Below, piece by piece: positions 24,702 through 34,316 of a DNA stretch of 37,143 nucleotides. Made by a program: the position numbers and the translations under genes. The DNA comes from an uncultured Chloroflexota bacterium (GTDB lineage: Bacteria > Chloroflexota > Limnocylindria > P2-11E): positions 1 through 37,143 of the forward strand of contig CAZMLV010000004.1 of assembly GCA_964567235.1 (NCBI GenBank), written 5' to 3'. The notes below the pieces were generated by a model. That model did no database searches and had not been told where the DNA came from. It worked only from the letters and a program-made list of their open reading frames with translations. Each line of letters opens with the position of its first letter. Positions within the stretch are counted from its first letter, which is position 1.

Positions 24702-25447
24702 CGACCCTGGCGGCGACCCCGGATCGCCGGCGCGAGCGGCTCCAGCACGCGTTCGCGCTGCTCATTCCGGCGGTGCTGTTCGGCTTCCTGGTCAGTGCGC
24801 AGTGGCAGGGACAGCAGGAACGGAGCGAGATCGCGGTGCGTTACAACGCGCCGCTCACCGATGCGGCCCTCGCGCTGCAGAAGGAGCAGGACGATCTCAA
24901 GGCCCAGCTCCAGGATCTGCGCGCGCAGCTCGACACGATCCAAACGAACGCCTCCTCGCAAAGTGGCGCCGCGAGCGAGCTCGAGAAGCGGATCGCCACT
25001 CTGAAGGCCCAGGCCGGGCTCAGCCCGCTCACCGGCGATGGCGTCATGGTCCAGCTCGATGACTCGCACACCGTCGCGGCCGGCGCGGCGAACCTCGATC
25101 AGGCGATCTGCCATTCGACGGACCTGACGGACATCCTCAACACGGCCTGGCGGGGCGGAGCGGAGGCGATCTCGGTGAACGCGCAGCGCGTCGTGTCCAG
25201 CACGAGCGTGTACTGCGTGGGCTCGACGATCATGGTGAACGGCACCCTCCTCTCGCCGCCGTTCAACATCGCGGTCATCGGGCCGCAGAACAGCGTGCTC
25301 GGCGCCTTCGACGACCCGAATCAGCTCCGCGACATCAAGGCTCGCCGCGACGTGCAGGGCCTCGGCTTCCGGGTGACCCGCGCGAACGCCATCAACGTGC
25401 CGGCGTATGACGGCGCACTGACCGTGCGGGTCGCGACCCCCCAGTGA
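24698..25447 (+). CDS. DUF881 domain membrane protein
   Basis: 249 aa with an N-terminal TM helix, a coiled coil (LQKEQDDLKAQLQDLRAQLD), then GDGVMVQLDD...LNTAWRGGAEAISVNAQRV...GTLLSPPFNIAVIG. GTGA overlap with the APH gene. Confidence 0.85.
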   Translation: MTTLAATPDRRRERLQHAFALLIPAVLFGFLVSAQWQGQQERSEIAVRYNAPLTDAALALQKEQDDLKAQLQDLRAQLDTIQTNASSQSGAASELEKRIATLKAQAGLSPLTGDGVMVQLDDSHTVAAGAANLDQAICHSTDLTDILNTAWRGGAEAISVNAQRVVSSTSVYCVGSTIMVNGTLLSPPFNIAVIGPQNSVLGAFDDPNQLRDIKARRDVQGLGFRVTRANAINVPAYDGALTVRVATPQ

Positions 25448-26097
25448 GATCGAACGCCGGCGGCATCGCGGCCACGGTCGTCGCGCTGTTCCTCGGCATC
25501 CTCGTCGTGACGCAGTTCCGCTCCCAGGACGTCTACTCCCGGAGCCTGCAGCTCGAAACGCCGTCGTCCCTCACGACCCTCATCGCGAACCTCGCCGATC
25601 GGAACAACTCGCTGCGCGACGAGATCTTCGAGCTCCGGCTGCGCGTCGCCGCGGCGCGCGACTCGGTCGCCAGCGGCCAGGGCTCGCTCACCGAGAGCCA
25701 GCGTGAGATCGATCAGCTGAAGATCTTCGCCGCGCTCAGCGCGGCGCGCGGGCAGGGGATCATCGTGAAGATCGACGGCACGTTCGACGACCGGGCGATG
25801 AGCGACCTCACGAACGAGCTGCGCAACGCGGGCGCGGAGGCGATCTCCGTGAACGACGTGCGCGTCGGCGCGCGCTCGTGGTACGGGCCCGGACCGGACC
25901 GCACGATCCTCCTGGACGGCCGGCAGCTGAACGGACCGTGGACGGTGAAGGCGATCGGCGCGAGCGACGTCGTGTACGTCGCGATCACCCGCACCGGTGG
26001 CATCGCGGGCCAGTTCGAGCTGATCTACCCGAAGACCCACTTCACGGTCACCAAGGAAACGACGATCGACGTGCCGGCGGTCGCGGTCCAGCACTGA
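25444..26097 (+). CDS. DUF881 domain membrane protein (second paralogue)
   Basis: 217 aa with the same architecture: GQGIIVKIDG...ELRNAGAEAISVNDVRV...GPWTVKAIG. GTGA overlap with the preceding gene. Confidence 0.85.
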   Translation: MRSNAGGIAATVVALFLGILVVTQFRSQDVYSRSLQLETPSSLTTLIANLADRNNSLRDEIFELRLRVAAARDSVASGQGSLTESQREIDQLKIFAALSAARGQGIIVKIDGTFDDRAMSDLTNELRNAGAEAISVNDVRVGARSWYGPGPDRTILLDGRQLNGPWTVKAIGASDVVYVAITRTGGIAGQFELIYPKTHFTVTKETTIDVPAVAVQH

Positions 26098-26123
26098 GCG
26101 GCGCTCCTAGACTGCGCGTCCTG

Positions 26124-26339
26124 ATGCCGAAGCCGCCGCTGCTCCTGTACCTGGACGACGTCCTCGTGCTGCGGAAGACGCATCCGTGCGGGGGCGATAC
26201 GTGGCGCGTGGTGCGGCTCGGCGCGGACATCGGGGTGCGCTGCACGACCTGCGCCCGCCGGGTCCTCATCGCCCGCAGCGAGCTGGAACGCGACATCAAG
26301 CGGTTCGTGGAGCGCGGCCCTCTGGCGCCGGTCGAATAG
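26124..26339 (+). CDS. DUF951 family small protein
   Basis: 71 aa from ATG 26124. VLRKTHPCGGDTWRVVRLGADIGVRCTTCARRVLIARSELERDIKRF matches the DUF951 pattern HPCG...W...R.GADI...C..C. The upstream part of track ORF 25878..26339 is out-of-frame overlap. Confidence 0.8.
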   Translation: MPKPPLLLYLDDVLVLRKTHPCGGDTWRVVRLGADIGVRCTTCARRVLIARSELERDIKRFVERGPLAPVE

Positions 26340-26347
26340 GCGGGCCG

Positions 26348-27664
26348 ATGGGCCAGCCGGGTGAAAATGCCGCCGAGCGCGGCATCTTCCGCAACCGGGC
26401 GTTCCTGGCCCTGTGGGCGGCGCAGATCCTGTCGCAGGTGGCGGCGAACGCCACGACCTTCGCGCTCATCGTGCTGGTCGGCGAGATCACGAAGTCCAAC
26501 ACGTCGTCGTCGATCCTGATCCTGCTCGCGATCCTGCCGGCGGTCGTGTTCGGCGTGTTCGCCGGCGTGGTCGTGGATCGCAGCGACCGCAAGCGTGTCC
26601 TCGTGATCACGAACGCCCTCCGGGCAGGCGCGGTGCTGCCGCTGTTCGTCCTCGGCGAGAGCGTGACGACCGCGTACATCGTCAACTTCCTGGTCGCCGC
26701 GATCACCGTCTTCTTCGTGCCTGCGGAATCGGCGACGATCCCGGCGATCGTGCGCAAGCGCGATCTGCTCGTCGCGAACTCGCTGTTCACCTTCACGTTC
26801 AACGGGGCGTTCCTCGTCGGCTTCATCATCCTCGCGCCGATCGTCATCGCGCTCTCCGGCTACCAGGCGCTCTTCGTCGTGGTCGGCGCGATGTTCGCCG
26901 GGGCGGCGCTGCTCTGCCTCACCGTGCCGACCGTCTCGCCGGCGACCCACGAGGGTCGGATCATCGGCGTCGAGGTCGCCGGGAAGGCCATGGCCGAGAC
27001 CCTCGGCGGTGTGGGCGAGGCCTTCGGGTACCTGCGGAAGCACCCGCCGGTGGTGTGGTCGCTCGTCTACATCGCGCTCACGTACATGCTCGTGGCCGTC
27101 GCGGGCGCGCTCGCCCCCGGATTCGTGCGCGAGGTCCTCGGCCTCGGAGAGAAGAACGTGGTCGTCCTCGTGGCGCCCGCCGGCCTGGGCGTGGTCGTCG
27201 GACTCGGGGCGCTGAACGTCATCGGCGGCCGGCTCGCGCCGAACCGCGCGATCGGCACGGGACTCCTGGTCACCGCGATCGCGCTGCTCATCCTCGCGGC
27301 CGAGCGGCCGCTCGGCGTGATCTTCCGCAACGCGACCGGCCCGACCGCGGGCTTCCCGTTCTTCGTCGGCCTGGTGAGCCTCACCGCGTTCGTCTTCGGC
27401 CTGTCGTACGCGTTCATCACGGTGCCGTCGATGACCCGGCTGCAGTCGGATCTGCACGACGAGATCCGCGGCCGCATCTTCGGCGTCCTGAACATGCTCG
27501 TGTCGGTGTTCAGCTTCGCGCCGCTCCTCTTGGTCGGGCCGGTGGCGGACGCCTACGGCGTCGCGCCGGTGTTCGTCGCCGGCGCGATCGCCTGCCTGAT
27601 CGCGTGGGTCGGCGGGCGCGCATCGCGCGGTCGCGTGCGAGCGGAGGCCGCGCCCGGAATGTGA
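26348..27664 (+). CDS. MFS transporter (EntS/MFS_3-like)
   Basis: 438 aa from ATG 26348 (MGQPGENAAERGIFRNRAFLALWAAQILSQ). About 12 TM helices, with the VVDRSDRKRVL loop motif. Confidence 0.88.
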   Translation: MGQPGENAAERGIFRNRAFLALWAAQILSQVAANATTFALIVLVGEITKSNTSSSILILLAILPAVVFGVFAGVVVDRSDRKRVLVITNALRAGAVLPLFVLGESVTTAYIVNFLVAAITVFFVPAESATIPAIVRKRDLLVANSLFTFTFNGAFLVGFIILAPIVIALSGYQALFVVVGAMFAGAALLCLTVPTVSPATHEGRIIGVEVAGKAMAETLGGVGEAFGYLRKHPPVVWSLVYIALTYMLVAVAGALAPGFVREVLGLGEKNVVVLVAPAGLGVVVGLGALNVIGGRLAPNRAIGTGLLVTAIALLILAAERPLGVIFRNATGPTAGFPFFVGLVSLTAFVFGLSYAFITVPSMTRLQSDLHDEIRGRIFGVLNMLVSVFSFAPLLLVGPVADAYGVAPVFVAGAIACLIAWVGGRASRGRVRAEAAPGM

Positions 27665-27701
27665 CCGCCGATGCGGACAGGCCGGGTAGACTTGACCTGG
27701 A

Positions 27702-29543
27702 GTGACCTCCGCCCGGGCCACCTATTTCCACTACGTCGGCAGGCACCGCACCCAGCTCGCCATCGGCATCCTGGCCGTCGCCGCTGGGTCCGTCGCGGCC
27801 GTCGTCCCGCCGCGCTTCATCGGTCAGATCGTCGACGGGCTCAACCGCGGAACCACCCTCGACGCGATCGTGCGGCTTGCCCTGCTCGCGCTCCTCTTCT
27901 CCAGCATCGTCGCGATCTGCCTGGCCACCGGGCGCTACTTCGTCATGAACACGTCCCGGTACGTCGAGTACGACATGCGCAACGACCTGTTCGCGCACCT
28001 CCAGCGGATGCACCTTGGGTACTTCCAGCATCAGCGCATCGGCGACCTCATGGCGCGTATGACCAATGACCTCTCCGCCGTGCGCCAGATGCAGGGACCC
28101 GGGGTCATGAACGTCGCGTCCACAACGATGACCTTCGCGTTCACGATCATTTCGATGCTCGGCGTGTCGGTCAAGCTCACCCTCATCTCCGTCGTGCTCA
28201 TGCCGCTCGTCTCGCTGACCTTTTGGATCATCGGTCGGCGCGTGCATGTGAAGTTCGAGCGGCTGCAGGCGCAGTTCTCCGAGATGTCGACGACCGCGCA
28301 GGAGAACTTCTCCGGGATCCGGGTGGTGAAGGCGTTCTCTCAGGAGAACGCCGAGATCGCGCGCTTCGCCGCGGTGAACGAGGAGTACGTCCGCCGGGCC
28401 ATCAACCTCCGGCGGATGGACGGCCTCATCTGGCCGACGATGTCGTTCATCCTCGGGCTCGCGGTGCTCGCGACGCTGTACATCGGCGGTCAGGACGCGA
28501 TCGAGGGGCGGATGACGCTGGGCCAGCTCGTGCAGTTCGTGGCCTACCTGAACCTGCTGGCCTGGCCGATGATCGCCCTCGGGTGGGTGTCGAACCTCTT
28601 CCAGCAGGGCTGGGCGTCGCTGCAGCGGCTGCAGGAGATCTGGGACGCGAGGCCGGACATCTTCGACCCGGCCGACCCCGCCACGCACGCGATCCGGGGC
28701 GAGGTGGAGTTCCGCAACGTGACGTTCGCCTATGGCCCGACCGAGGTCCTCCACGACGTGAGCTTCAGGGTCCCGGCCGGCGGCTCGCTCGCGATCGTCG
28801 GCCACACCGGCGCGGGCAAGTCCAGCCTCGTGAACCTCATCCCGCGCCTCTTCGACGCGACATCGGGTGACGTGCTCATCGACGGGATCGACGTGAAGCG
28901 CTACCCGCTGGCTGCACTTCGCCGCGCGGTCGGCTACGTCCCGCAGGAGACATTCCTGTTCAGCGTCCCGCTCCGCGAGAACGTGAGCTTCGGCCTGGAG
29001 GCCGCGCTCGACGATCCGAAGCTCGACTGGGCCGGGGACGTGTCGCAGCTGAACAAGGACGTCGAAGACTTCCCGGCGCGGTACGACACGATGATCGGCG
29101 AGCGCGGCGTGACCCTCTCCGGCGGCCAGAAGCAGCGGACCGCGATCGCGCGGGCCGTCGCGAAGGAGCCGCGCGTCGTCATCCTCGATGACGCGATGAG
29201 CGCCGTGGACACCTACACCGAGTCCGAGATCCTGCGCCGCCTGCGCGGCGTCCTGCAGGAGCGGACGAGCATCATCGTCGCCCACCGGATCTCGACCGTG
29301 AAGGACGCCGACGAGATCCTGGTCCTGGACGAGGGACGCGTCGCCGAGCGTGGCTCCCACCGCGAGCTTCTCGAGCGCAACGGCATCTACGCCCAGATGT
29401 ACCGGCGCCAGCTGCTCGAGGAGGAACTCGACGTCGACACCGAGCGCGACGAGCACGAGCGGCGGGTGCGGGCCGCGCAGGAGGCAGGCCCGACCGAGTT
29501 CCGCACGCGGATGGGCAGCGGCGGGATGGGGGAGAGCGGTTAG
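27702..29543 (+). CDS. ABC exporter half-transporter (TMD-NBD), degenerate-site partner
   Basis: 613 aa. Walker A GHTGAGKSS, signature LSGGQKQR, Walker B VILDDA (Asp in place of the catalytic Glu), H-loop VAHR. Confidence 0.92.
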   Translation: MTSARATYFHYVGRHRTQLAIGILAVAAGSVAAVVPPRFIGQIVDGLNRGTTLDAIVRLALLALLFSSIVAICLATGRYFVMNTSRYVEYDMRNDLFAHLQRMHLGYFQHQRIGDLMARMTNDLSAVRQMQGPGVMNVASTTMTFAFTIISMLGVSVKLTLISVVLMPLVSLTFWIIGRRVHVKFERLQAQFSEMSTTAQENFSGIRVVKAFSQENAEIARFAAVNEEYVRRAINLRRMDGLIWPTMSFILGLAVLATLYIGGQDAIEGRMTLGQLVQFVAYLNLLAWPMIALGWVSNLFQQGWASLQRLQEIWDARPDIFDPADPATHAIRGEVEFRNVTFAYGPTEVLHDVSFRVPAGGSLAIVGHTGAGKSSLVNLIPRLFDATSGDVLIDGIDVKRYPLAALRRAVGYVPQETFLFSVPLRENVSFGLEAALDDPKLDWAGDVSQLNKDVEDFPARYDTMIGERGVTLSGGQKQRTAIARAVAKEPRVVILDDAMSAVDTYTESEILRRLRGVLQERTSIIVAHRISTVKDADEILVLDEGRVAERGSHRELLERNGIYAQMYRRQLLEEELDVDTERDEHERRVRAAQEAGPTEFRTRMGSGGMGESG

Positions 29544-31361
29544 ATGGCGGGCTTCTTCCAGGAGGACGAGATCCTCGGCAAGGCCTACGACGGCCGGCTG
29601 ATGCGGCGGCTGCTCTCGTACCTGCGGCCGTACAAAGGCCTTGTCGCGATCGCCTTCGTCCTGCTCGTCTTTCTCTCCTTCGCGGACATCGCGCCGCCGA
29701 TCATCACGAAGTTCCTCATCGACTCGGCCATCGCGCCGGCGGTGAACGGCGACATTCCCGCGGCCGAGGGCCTCCGGCTTCTGGTGCCGCTCGGCGCGGC
29801 GTACCTCGGCGTGCTGCTCGCGTCAGCCGCGCTTCGGTACGGGCAGAACATCCTCACCACGTACGTGGGCCAGCGCGCGATGTACGACCTCCGCGTCCAG
29901 CTGTTCGGCCACCTCCAGTCGCTGTCGCTCTCGTTCTTCGATCGCAATCCGGTGGGCCGGCTCATGACGCGGATCACGAACGACATTGACGCCCTCACGG
30001 ACATGGTGACCCAGGGCGTCGTGTCGATCTTCGGTGACTTCCTCATGCTCATCGGCATCGCCGTCGTCCTGCTCTTCCTCGACTGGCGGCTCGCGCTCCT
30101 CACGTACGCGACACTGCCGATCATCGTCGCGCTCACGTTCTACTTCCGGAAGACGATGCGCGAGTCGTTCCGGAGCATCCGGATCCGGCTCGCCCGCATC
30201 AACGCGTACCTGAACGAGAACATCAGCGGAATGTCGATCGTCCAGCTGTTCACGCGGGAGCCGCGGGCCTACCGGCAGTTCGACGAGCTGAACACCGACC
30301 TACTGAACGCGAACCAGGGCGCGATCAAGGCGATGAGCCTGTTCTTCCCGGCCGTGACGTTCACCCGCGCGGGCGCGGCGTCGGCGATCTTCATCGCCGG
30401 CGGTTACTGGGCCCTCGGCGGTCAGCTGACCATCGGGACGCTGCTCGCGTTCTGGCAGCTCCTCGACCAGTTCTTCCGCCCGATCCAGGACCTGTCCGAG
30501 AAATACAACATCCTGCAGTCGGCGATGGCGTCGTCGGAGCGGGTCTTCCGGCTCCTGGACACGGAGGCGACGATCGTGGACGCGCCGCACCCGGTCGCGC
30601 TCCCGAGCGTGCGGGGCGAGATCACGATGGACAACGTCTCGTTCGCGTACAACGAGGGCGATTGGGTCCTGCGCGACGTCGACTTCAAGATCTCCGCGGG
30701 CGAGAGCGTCGCCATCGTGGGCGCCACCGGGGCGGGGAAGACGTCGATCATCAGTCTCATCTCGCGCTTCTACGACGTGCAGAAGGGCCGCATCCTCCTT
30801 GACGGCGTGGACCTGCGCGACCTCGCCCAGCGGGACGTGCGCCGCCACGTCGGCGTCGTGCTCCAGGACCCGTTCATCTTCGCGGGCACCATCGCGTCCA
30901 ACATCCGGCTGAACGAGTCGGGGATCACCGACGAGCAGGTGCGATCGGCCGCGCGCTTCGTGAACGCGGACAAGTTCATCGAGCGGCTGCCCGACGCGTA
31001 CGAGACCGTCGTCACCGAGCGCGGCTCGACGCTCTCGGTCGGGCAGAAACAGCTGCTCGCGTTCGCGCGGGCGATCGCGTTCAACCCGGAGATCATGCTC
31101 GTGCTCGACGAGGCGACCTCGTCGGTCGACACCGAGACCGAGCACCTCATCCAGGACGCGCTGAAGAAGCTCATGGTCGGGCGGACCTCGATCATCATCG
31201 CCCACCGCCTCTCGACGATCCAGAACGTCGACCGGATCATCGTGCTGCACAAGGGCCGCGTCGCGGAGATGGGCTCGCACAAGGAGCTCCTCGGCCAGCA
31301 GGGCGTCTACCATCGGCTCTACGAGCTCCAATACCGCGCTCACGAGGGTGCTTCGACGTAG
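29544..31361 (+). CDS. ABC exporter half-transporter (TMD-NBD), consensus-site partner
   Basis: 605 aa. Walker A GATGAGKTS, altered signature LSVGQKQL, Walker B LVLDEA, H-loop IAHR. The ATG directly follows the upstream TAG. Confidence 0.92.
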   Translation: MAGFFQEDEILGKAYDGRLMRRLLSYLRPYKGLVAIAFVLLVFLSFADIAPPIITKFLIDSAIAPAVNGDIPAAEGLRLLVPLGAAYLGVLLASAALRYGQNILTTYVGQRAMYDLRVQLFGHLQSLSLSFFDRNPVGRLMTRITNDIDALTDMVTQGVVSIFGDFLMLIGIAVVLLFLDWRLALLTYATLPIIVALTFYFRKTMRESFRSIRIRLARINAYLNENISGMSIVQLFTREPRAYRQFDELNTDLLNANQGAIKAMSLFFPAVTFTRAGAASAIFIAGGYWALGGQLTIGTLLAFWQLLDQFFRPIQDLSEKYNILQSAMASSERVFRLLDTEATIVDAPHPVALPSVRGEITMDNVSFAYNEGDWVLRDVDFKISAGESVAIVGATGAGKTSIISLISRFYDVQKGRILLDGVDLRDLAQRDVRRHVGVVLQDPFIFAGTIASNIRLNESGITDEQVRSAARFVNADKFIERLPDAYETVVTERGSTLSVGQKQLLAFARAIAFNPEIMLVLDEATSSVDTETEHLIQDALKKLMVGRTSIIIAHRLSTIQNVDRIIVLHKGRVAEMGSHKELLGQQGVYHRLYELQYRAHEGAST

Positions 31362-32928
31362 CGCGGTCCCACACCAGCTGGACCGCCGCGCGTTCCTCGC
31401 CGCGTCCGCCCGGATCGCCGCTCTGGCTGCGCTCGCGCCGCTGGCGGCGTGCGCGCAGACCTCGGCGCCGCTCAAGCTCGAGAAGGATCCATTCACCCTC
31501 GGCGTCGCGTCCGGCGATCCGCTGCCCGGCGCGGTGATCCTCTGGACCCGCCTCGCGATGGACCCGCTCCACGGCGGCGGGATGCCGAGCGCGCCGATCG
31601 ACGTCGCGTGGACGATCGCCCGCGACGAAGCGATGAAGGACGTCGCGGCCTCCGGCTCGATGAGCGCGATCCCCGAGCTCGGACACTCGGTGCACGTCGA
31701 CGCGAACGGCCTCGAGCCGGATCGCGCGTACTGGTACCGCTTCCGCGCGGGAGGGTTCGACAGCCCGATCGGCCGTACGCGGACGGCGCCTGCGGCGAGC
31801 GCCAGCCCGGAAGTGCTGAAGTTCGCCTTCGCGTCGTGCCAGAACTACACCCAGGGCTACTACACCGCGCACGCCGCGCTCGCGCAGGAGGATCTCCACG
31901 CCGTCGTGTTCCTCGGCGACTACATCTACGAGGGCGACGCCCGCGGCGACCGGGTCCGCGATTACGCCAAGCGCGGGTGGGCGTTCACCCTGGCCGACTA
32001 CCGGGACCGCTACGCGCAGTACAAGACGGACCTGAACCTGCAGGCGTCGCACGCGGCGTTCCCGTGGATCGCGACGTGGGACGACCATGAGGTCGAGAAC
32101 AACTACGCCGGCGGGATCGACGTGGCTGACCCGAAGAACAAGCAGGCCGTCTTCGAGCGGACGAACGCGTACCAGGCGTACTACGAGCACCTGCCGATCC
32201 GGGTCGCGCGGCCCTCCGGGCCGGCGCTCAAGCTCTATCGGGCGCTGTCGTTCGGGGACCTCGCGACGTTCCACGTCCTGGACACCCGTCAGTACCGCTC
32301 GCCCGAGGTGGCGCTCTGCGCGGACAGCGCGGAGACGCCGTCGGGCTACTGCGCGCCGAACCTCGACCCGAAGCGCACGATGCTGGGCAAGGAGCAGCGC
32401 GACTGGCTGATCAGCGGTCTCGGTGCGTCGCACGCGGACTGGAACTTCGTCGCGCAGTCGGTGCGGTTCGCGGAGCAGGACTCGAGCCCCGACCCGGCGA
32501 CGCACCACTTCGACGGCGTCGACAACTGGATGGGCTACGTGGCAGACCGCCAGACGCTCATCGAGCAGTTCGCCCGGACGAAGAACGCGGTCGTGCTGTC
32601 CGGCGACAGCCACGTCAACTTCGTCTACGACATCAAGGCGAACTTCACCGATCCGGCGTCCCCGAGGGTCGCGACCGAGCTGCTCGGCACGTCGATCAGC
32701 TCGGACGGTGATCCGTTCATCCCAGCGACACAGTTCGACGGCTCGGCGAAGAATCCGCAGCTGCACTTCTTCGATAACCATCGCGGGTACGTGCGCTGCA
32801 CGGTCGAGCGCGGCCGGCTGACCGCCGACTTCCGGGCCGTGTCGACGGTGACCGGGCCGACGGCCACGGTGAGCACGGTCGCGACCTTTGTCGTCGATGA
32901 CGGCAAGCCCGGCGCCCATCGTGCCTGA
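31348..32928 (+). CDS. phoD: alkaline phosphatase D family phosphodiesterase/phosphatase, Tat-exported lipoprotein
   Basis: 526 aa. Twin-arginine signal LDRRAFLAASARIAALAALAPLAAC with lipobox LAAC. PhoD hallmarks FTLGVASGDP, FASCQNY, FLGDYIYE, WDDHEVENNY. Confidence 0.92.
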   Translation: MLRRSAVPHQLDRRAFLAASARIAALAALAPLAACAQTSAPLKLEKDPFTLGVASGDPLPGAVILWTRLAMDPLHGGGMPSAPIDVAWTIARDEAMKDVAASGSMSAIPELGHSVHVDANGLEPDRAYWYRFRAGGFDSPIGRTRTAPAASASPEVLKFAFASCQNYTQGYYTAHAALAQEDLHAVVFLGDYIYEGDARGDRVRDYAKRGWAFTLADYRDRYAQYKTDLNLQASHAAFPWIATWDDHEVENNYAGGIDVADPKNKQAVFERTNAYQAYYEHLPIRVARPSGPALKLYRALSFGDLATFHVLDTRQYRSPEVALCADSAETPSGYCAPNLDPKRTMLGKEQRDWLISGLGASHADWNFVAQSVRFAEQDSSPDPATHHFDGVDNWMGYVADRQTLIEQFARTKNAVVLSGDSHVNFVYDIKANFTDPASPRVATELLGTSISSDGDPFIPATQFDGSAKNPQLHFFDNHRGYVRCTVERGRLTADFRAVSTVTGPTATVSTVATFVVDDGKPGAHRA

Positions 32929-33715
32929 GCTCGCGGCGTTCACCGCGACCGACGCGCTCGAGATCGCGGTCGGCGCTGCCCGCGCGGCCGCGGAGATCCT
33001 CGTCGATCGGTTCCGCGGTCCAGCCGTCGGCGTGCGGAGCAAGTCCACGGCGACGGATCTGGTCTCCGAGGCGGACGAGCGCGCCGAGCAGGCGGTGGTC
33101 GCCTACCTCCGCGCGCGCCGACCGCACGACGGGTTGGTGGCCGAGGAGGGCTCGTCGAGCGAGAGCCTGACCGGCTTCCGCTGGCTGGTCGATCCGCTCG
33201 ACGGCACGATCAACTACCTCTACGGCGTCCCGCACTGGTGCGTGAGCGTCGCGTGCGCGGACGCCGGCGGCGCGATCGCCGGCGCGGTGTTCGATCCGAC
33301 ACGCGGCGAGCTCTTCACCGCGGCCCGCGCGGCGGGCGCGCAGCTTGGCGGGCGCCCGGTCGCCACCAGCTCGGTCGCCGATCCGGCGGCTGCCCTGGTC
33401 GCGACCGGATTCAGCTACGACGCCGTCGAACGCGCGGCGCAGGCGGCGATCGTCGCGAGGATGGCCGGGTCGGTCCGCGACATCCGCCGCGCGGGATCGG
33501 CCGCGCTCGATCTCGCGTGGGTCGCCGCGGGCCGCCTCGATGCGTACTTCGAGGTCTCGCGATCCGCGTGGGACACCGCCGCCGGCGCCCTGCTGGTCCG
33601 CGAAGCAGGCGGCGCTGTGACCTGGACCGAGCACACCGAGATCGTCGCGTCGGGCCGGCCGTTGCACGCGCGGCTCGTCGCGCTCGTGCGCGCAAGTCAC
33701 CACACCGACCGCTAG
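32921..33715 (+). CDS. inositol monophosphatase family protein
   Basis: Shows [23 protein letters not shown] and [18 protein letters not shown] 32921 overlaps the phoD stop by 8 nt. The track ORF start at 32888 is the alternative. Confidence 0.9.
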   Translation: MPELAAFTATDALEIAVGAARAAAEILVDRFRGPAVGVRSKSTATDLVSEADERAEQAVVAYLRARRPHDGLVAEEGSSSESLTGFRWLVDPLDGTINYLYGVPHWCVSVACADAGGAIAGAVFDPTRGELFTAARAAGAQLGGRPVATSSVADPAAALVATGFSYDAVERAAQAAIVARMAGSVRDIRRAGSAALDLAWVAAGRLDAYFEVSRSAWDTAAGALLVREAGGAVTWTEHTEIVASGRPLHARLVALVRASHHTDR

Positions 33716-33728
33716 ACTGAGGTCAAAG

Positions 33729-34313
33729 ATGGCGATCGACCAGAAGACCCCGACCGGCGTCCAGCCCATCGATTTCGAAGAGGACGTCATCCAGCGCCGG
33801 CCGCTGACCACCCAGACGGGGATGGGCGGCCACGAGCCGCGGATGATCTCCGGCGTCACCGCCAGCGACGACAACATCGTGTTCACGACCGTGAACATGC
33901 TCGTGAACTGGGCGCGTTCGCGGAGCCCCTGGCCGCTCGGCTACGGCCTCGCGTGTTGCGCGATCGAGATGATGGCCAGCGCCGCGTCGCACCACGACCT
34001 CGCGCGCTTCGGCGCCGAGGTGTTCCGGTCGAGCCCCCGCCAGGCCGACGTGATGATCGTCGCGGGCACGGTCACCCACAAGATGGCCCCGCGCCTGCGG
34101 CGGCTGTACGAGCAGATGCCCGAGCCGAAGTGGGTCATCGCGATGGGCAACTGCGCGAGCTCCGGCGGCGAGTTCTGGGACAGCTACGCGACGCTTCAGG
34201 GCGTCGACACCGTGGTCCCGGTCGACGTGTACGTGCCGGGCTGCCCACCGCGCCCCGAGGCGCTGACCGAGGGCGTGCTCCGGCTGCGCGAGAAGATCTT
34301 CAAAGGTGGCTGA
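33729..34313 (+). CDS. nuoB: NADH-quinone oxidoreductase subunit B-like (N2 cluster subunit)
   Basis: 194 aa. All four N2 ligand positions are present: [29 protein letters not shown]. It has an N-terminal extension of about 30 aa relative to typical NuoB. Confidence 0.93.
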   Translation: MAIDQKTPTGVQPIDFEEDVIQRRPLTTQTGMGGHEPRMISGVTASDDNIVFTTVNMLVNWARSRSPWPLGYGLACCAIEMMASAASHHDLARFGAEVFRSSPRQADVMIVAGTVTHKMAPRLRRLYEQMPEPKWVIAMGNCASSGGEFWDSYATLQGVDTVVPVDVYVPGCPPRPEALTEGVLRLREKIFKGG

Positions 34314-34316
34314 GCG

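Noticed and set aside
26048-33048. Long minus-strand ORFs 26048..27721 (557 aa), 27510..29456 (648 aa), 30300..31496 (398 aa) and 31237..33048 (603 aa)
   Set aside because: All are antisense to the MFS, ABC x2 and PhoD genes, which carry unambiguous motifs (Walker A/B, LSGGQ, the Tat signal). The antisense translations are His/Arg/Asp/Glu/Pro-rich mirror images without motifs.
34311-34313. TGA between nuoB and nuoD as a selenocysteine codon
   Set aside because: No Sec-type context is known for this junction, and I see no convincing SECIS-like hairpin immediately downstream. A CTG start with an appropriately spaced SD is the simpler explanation.
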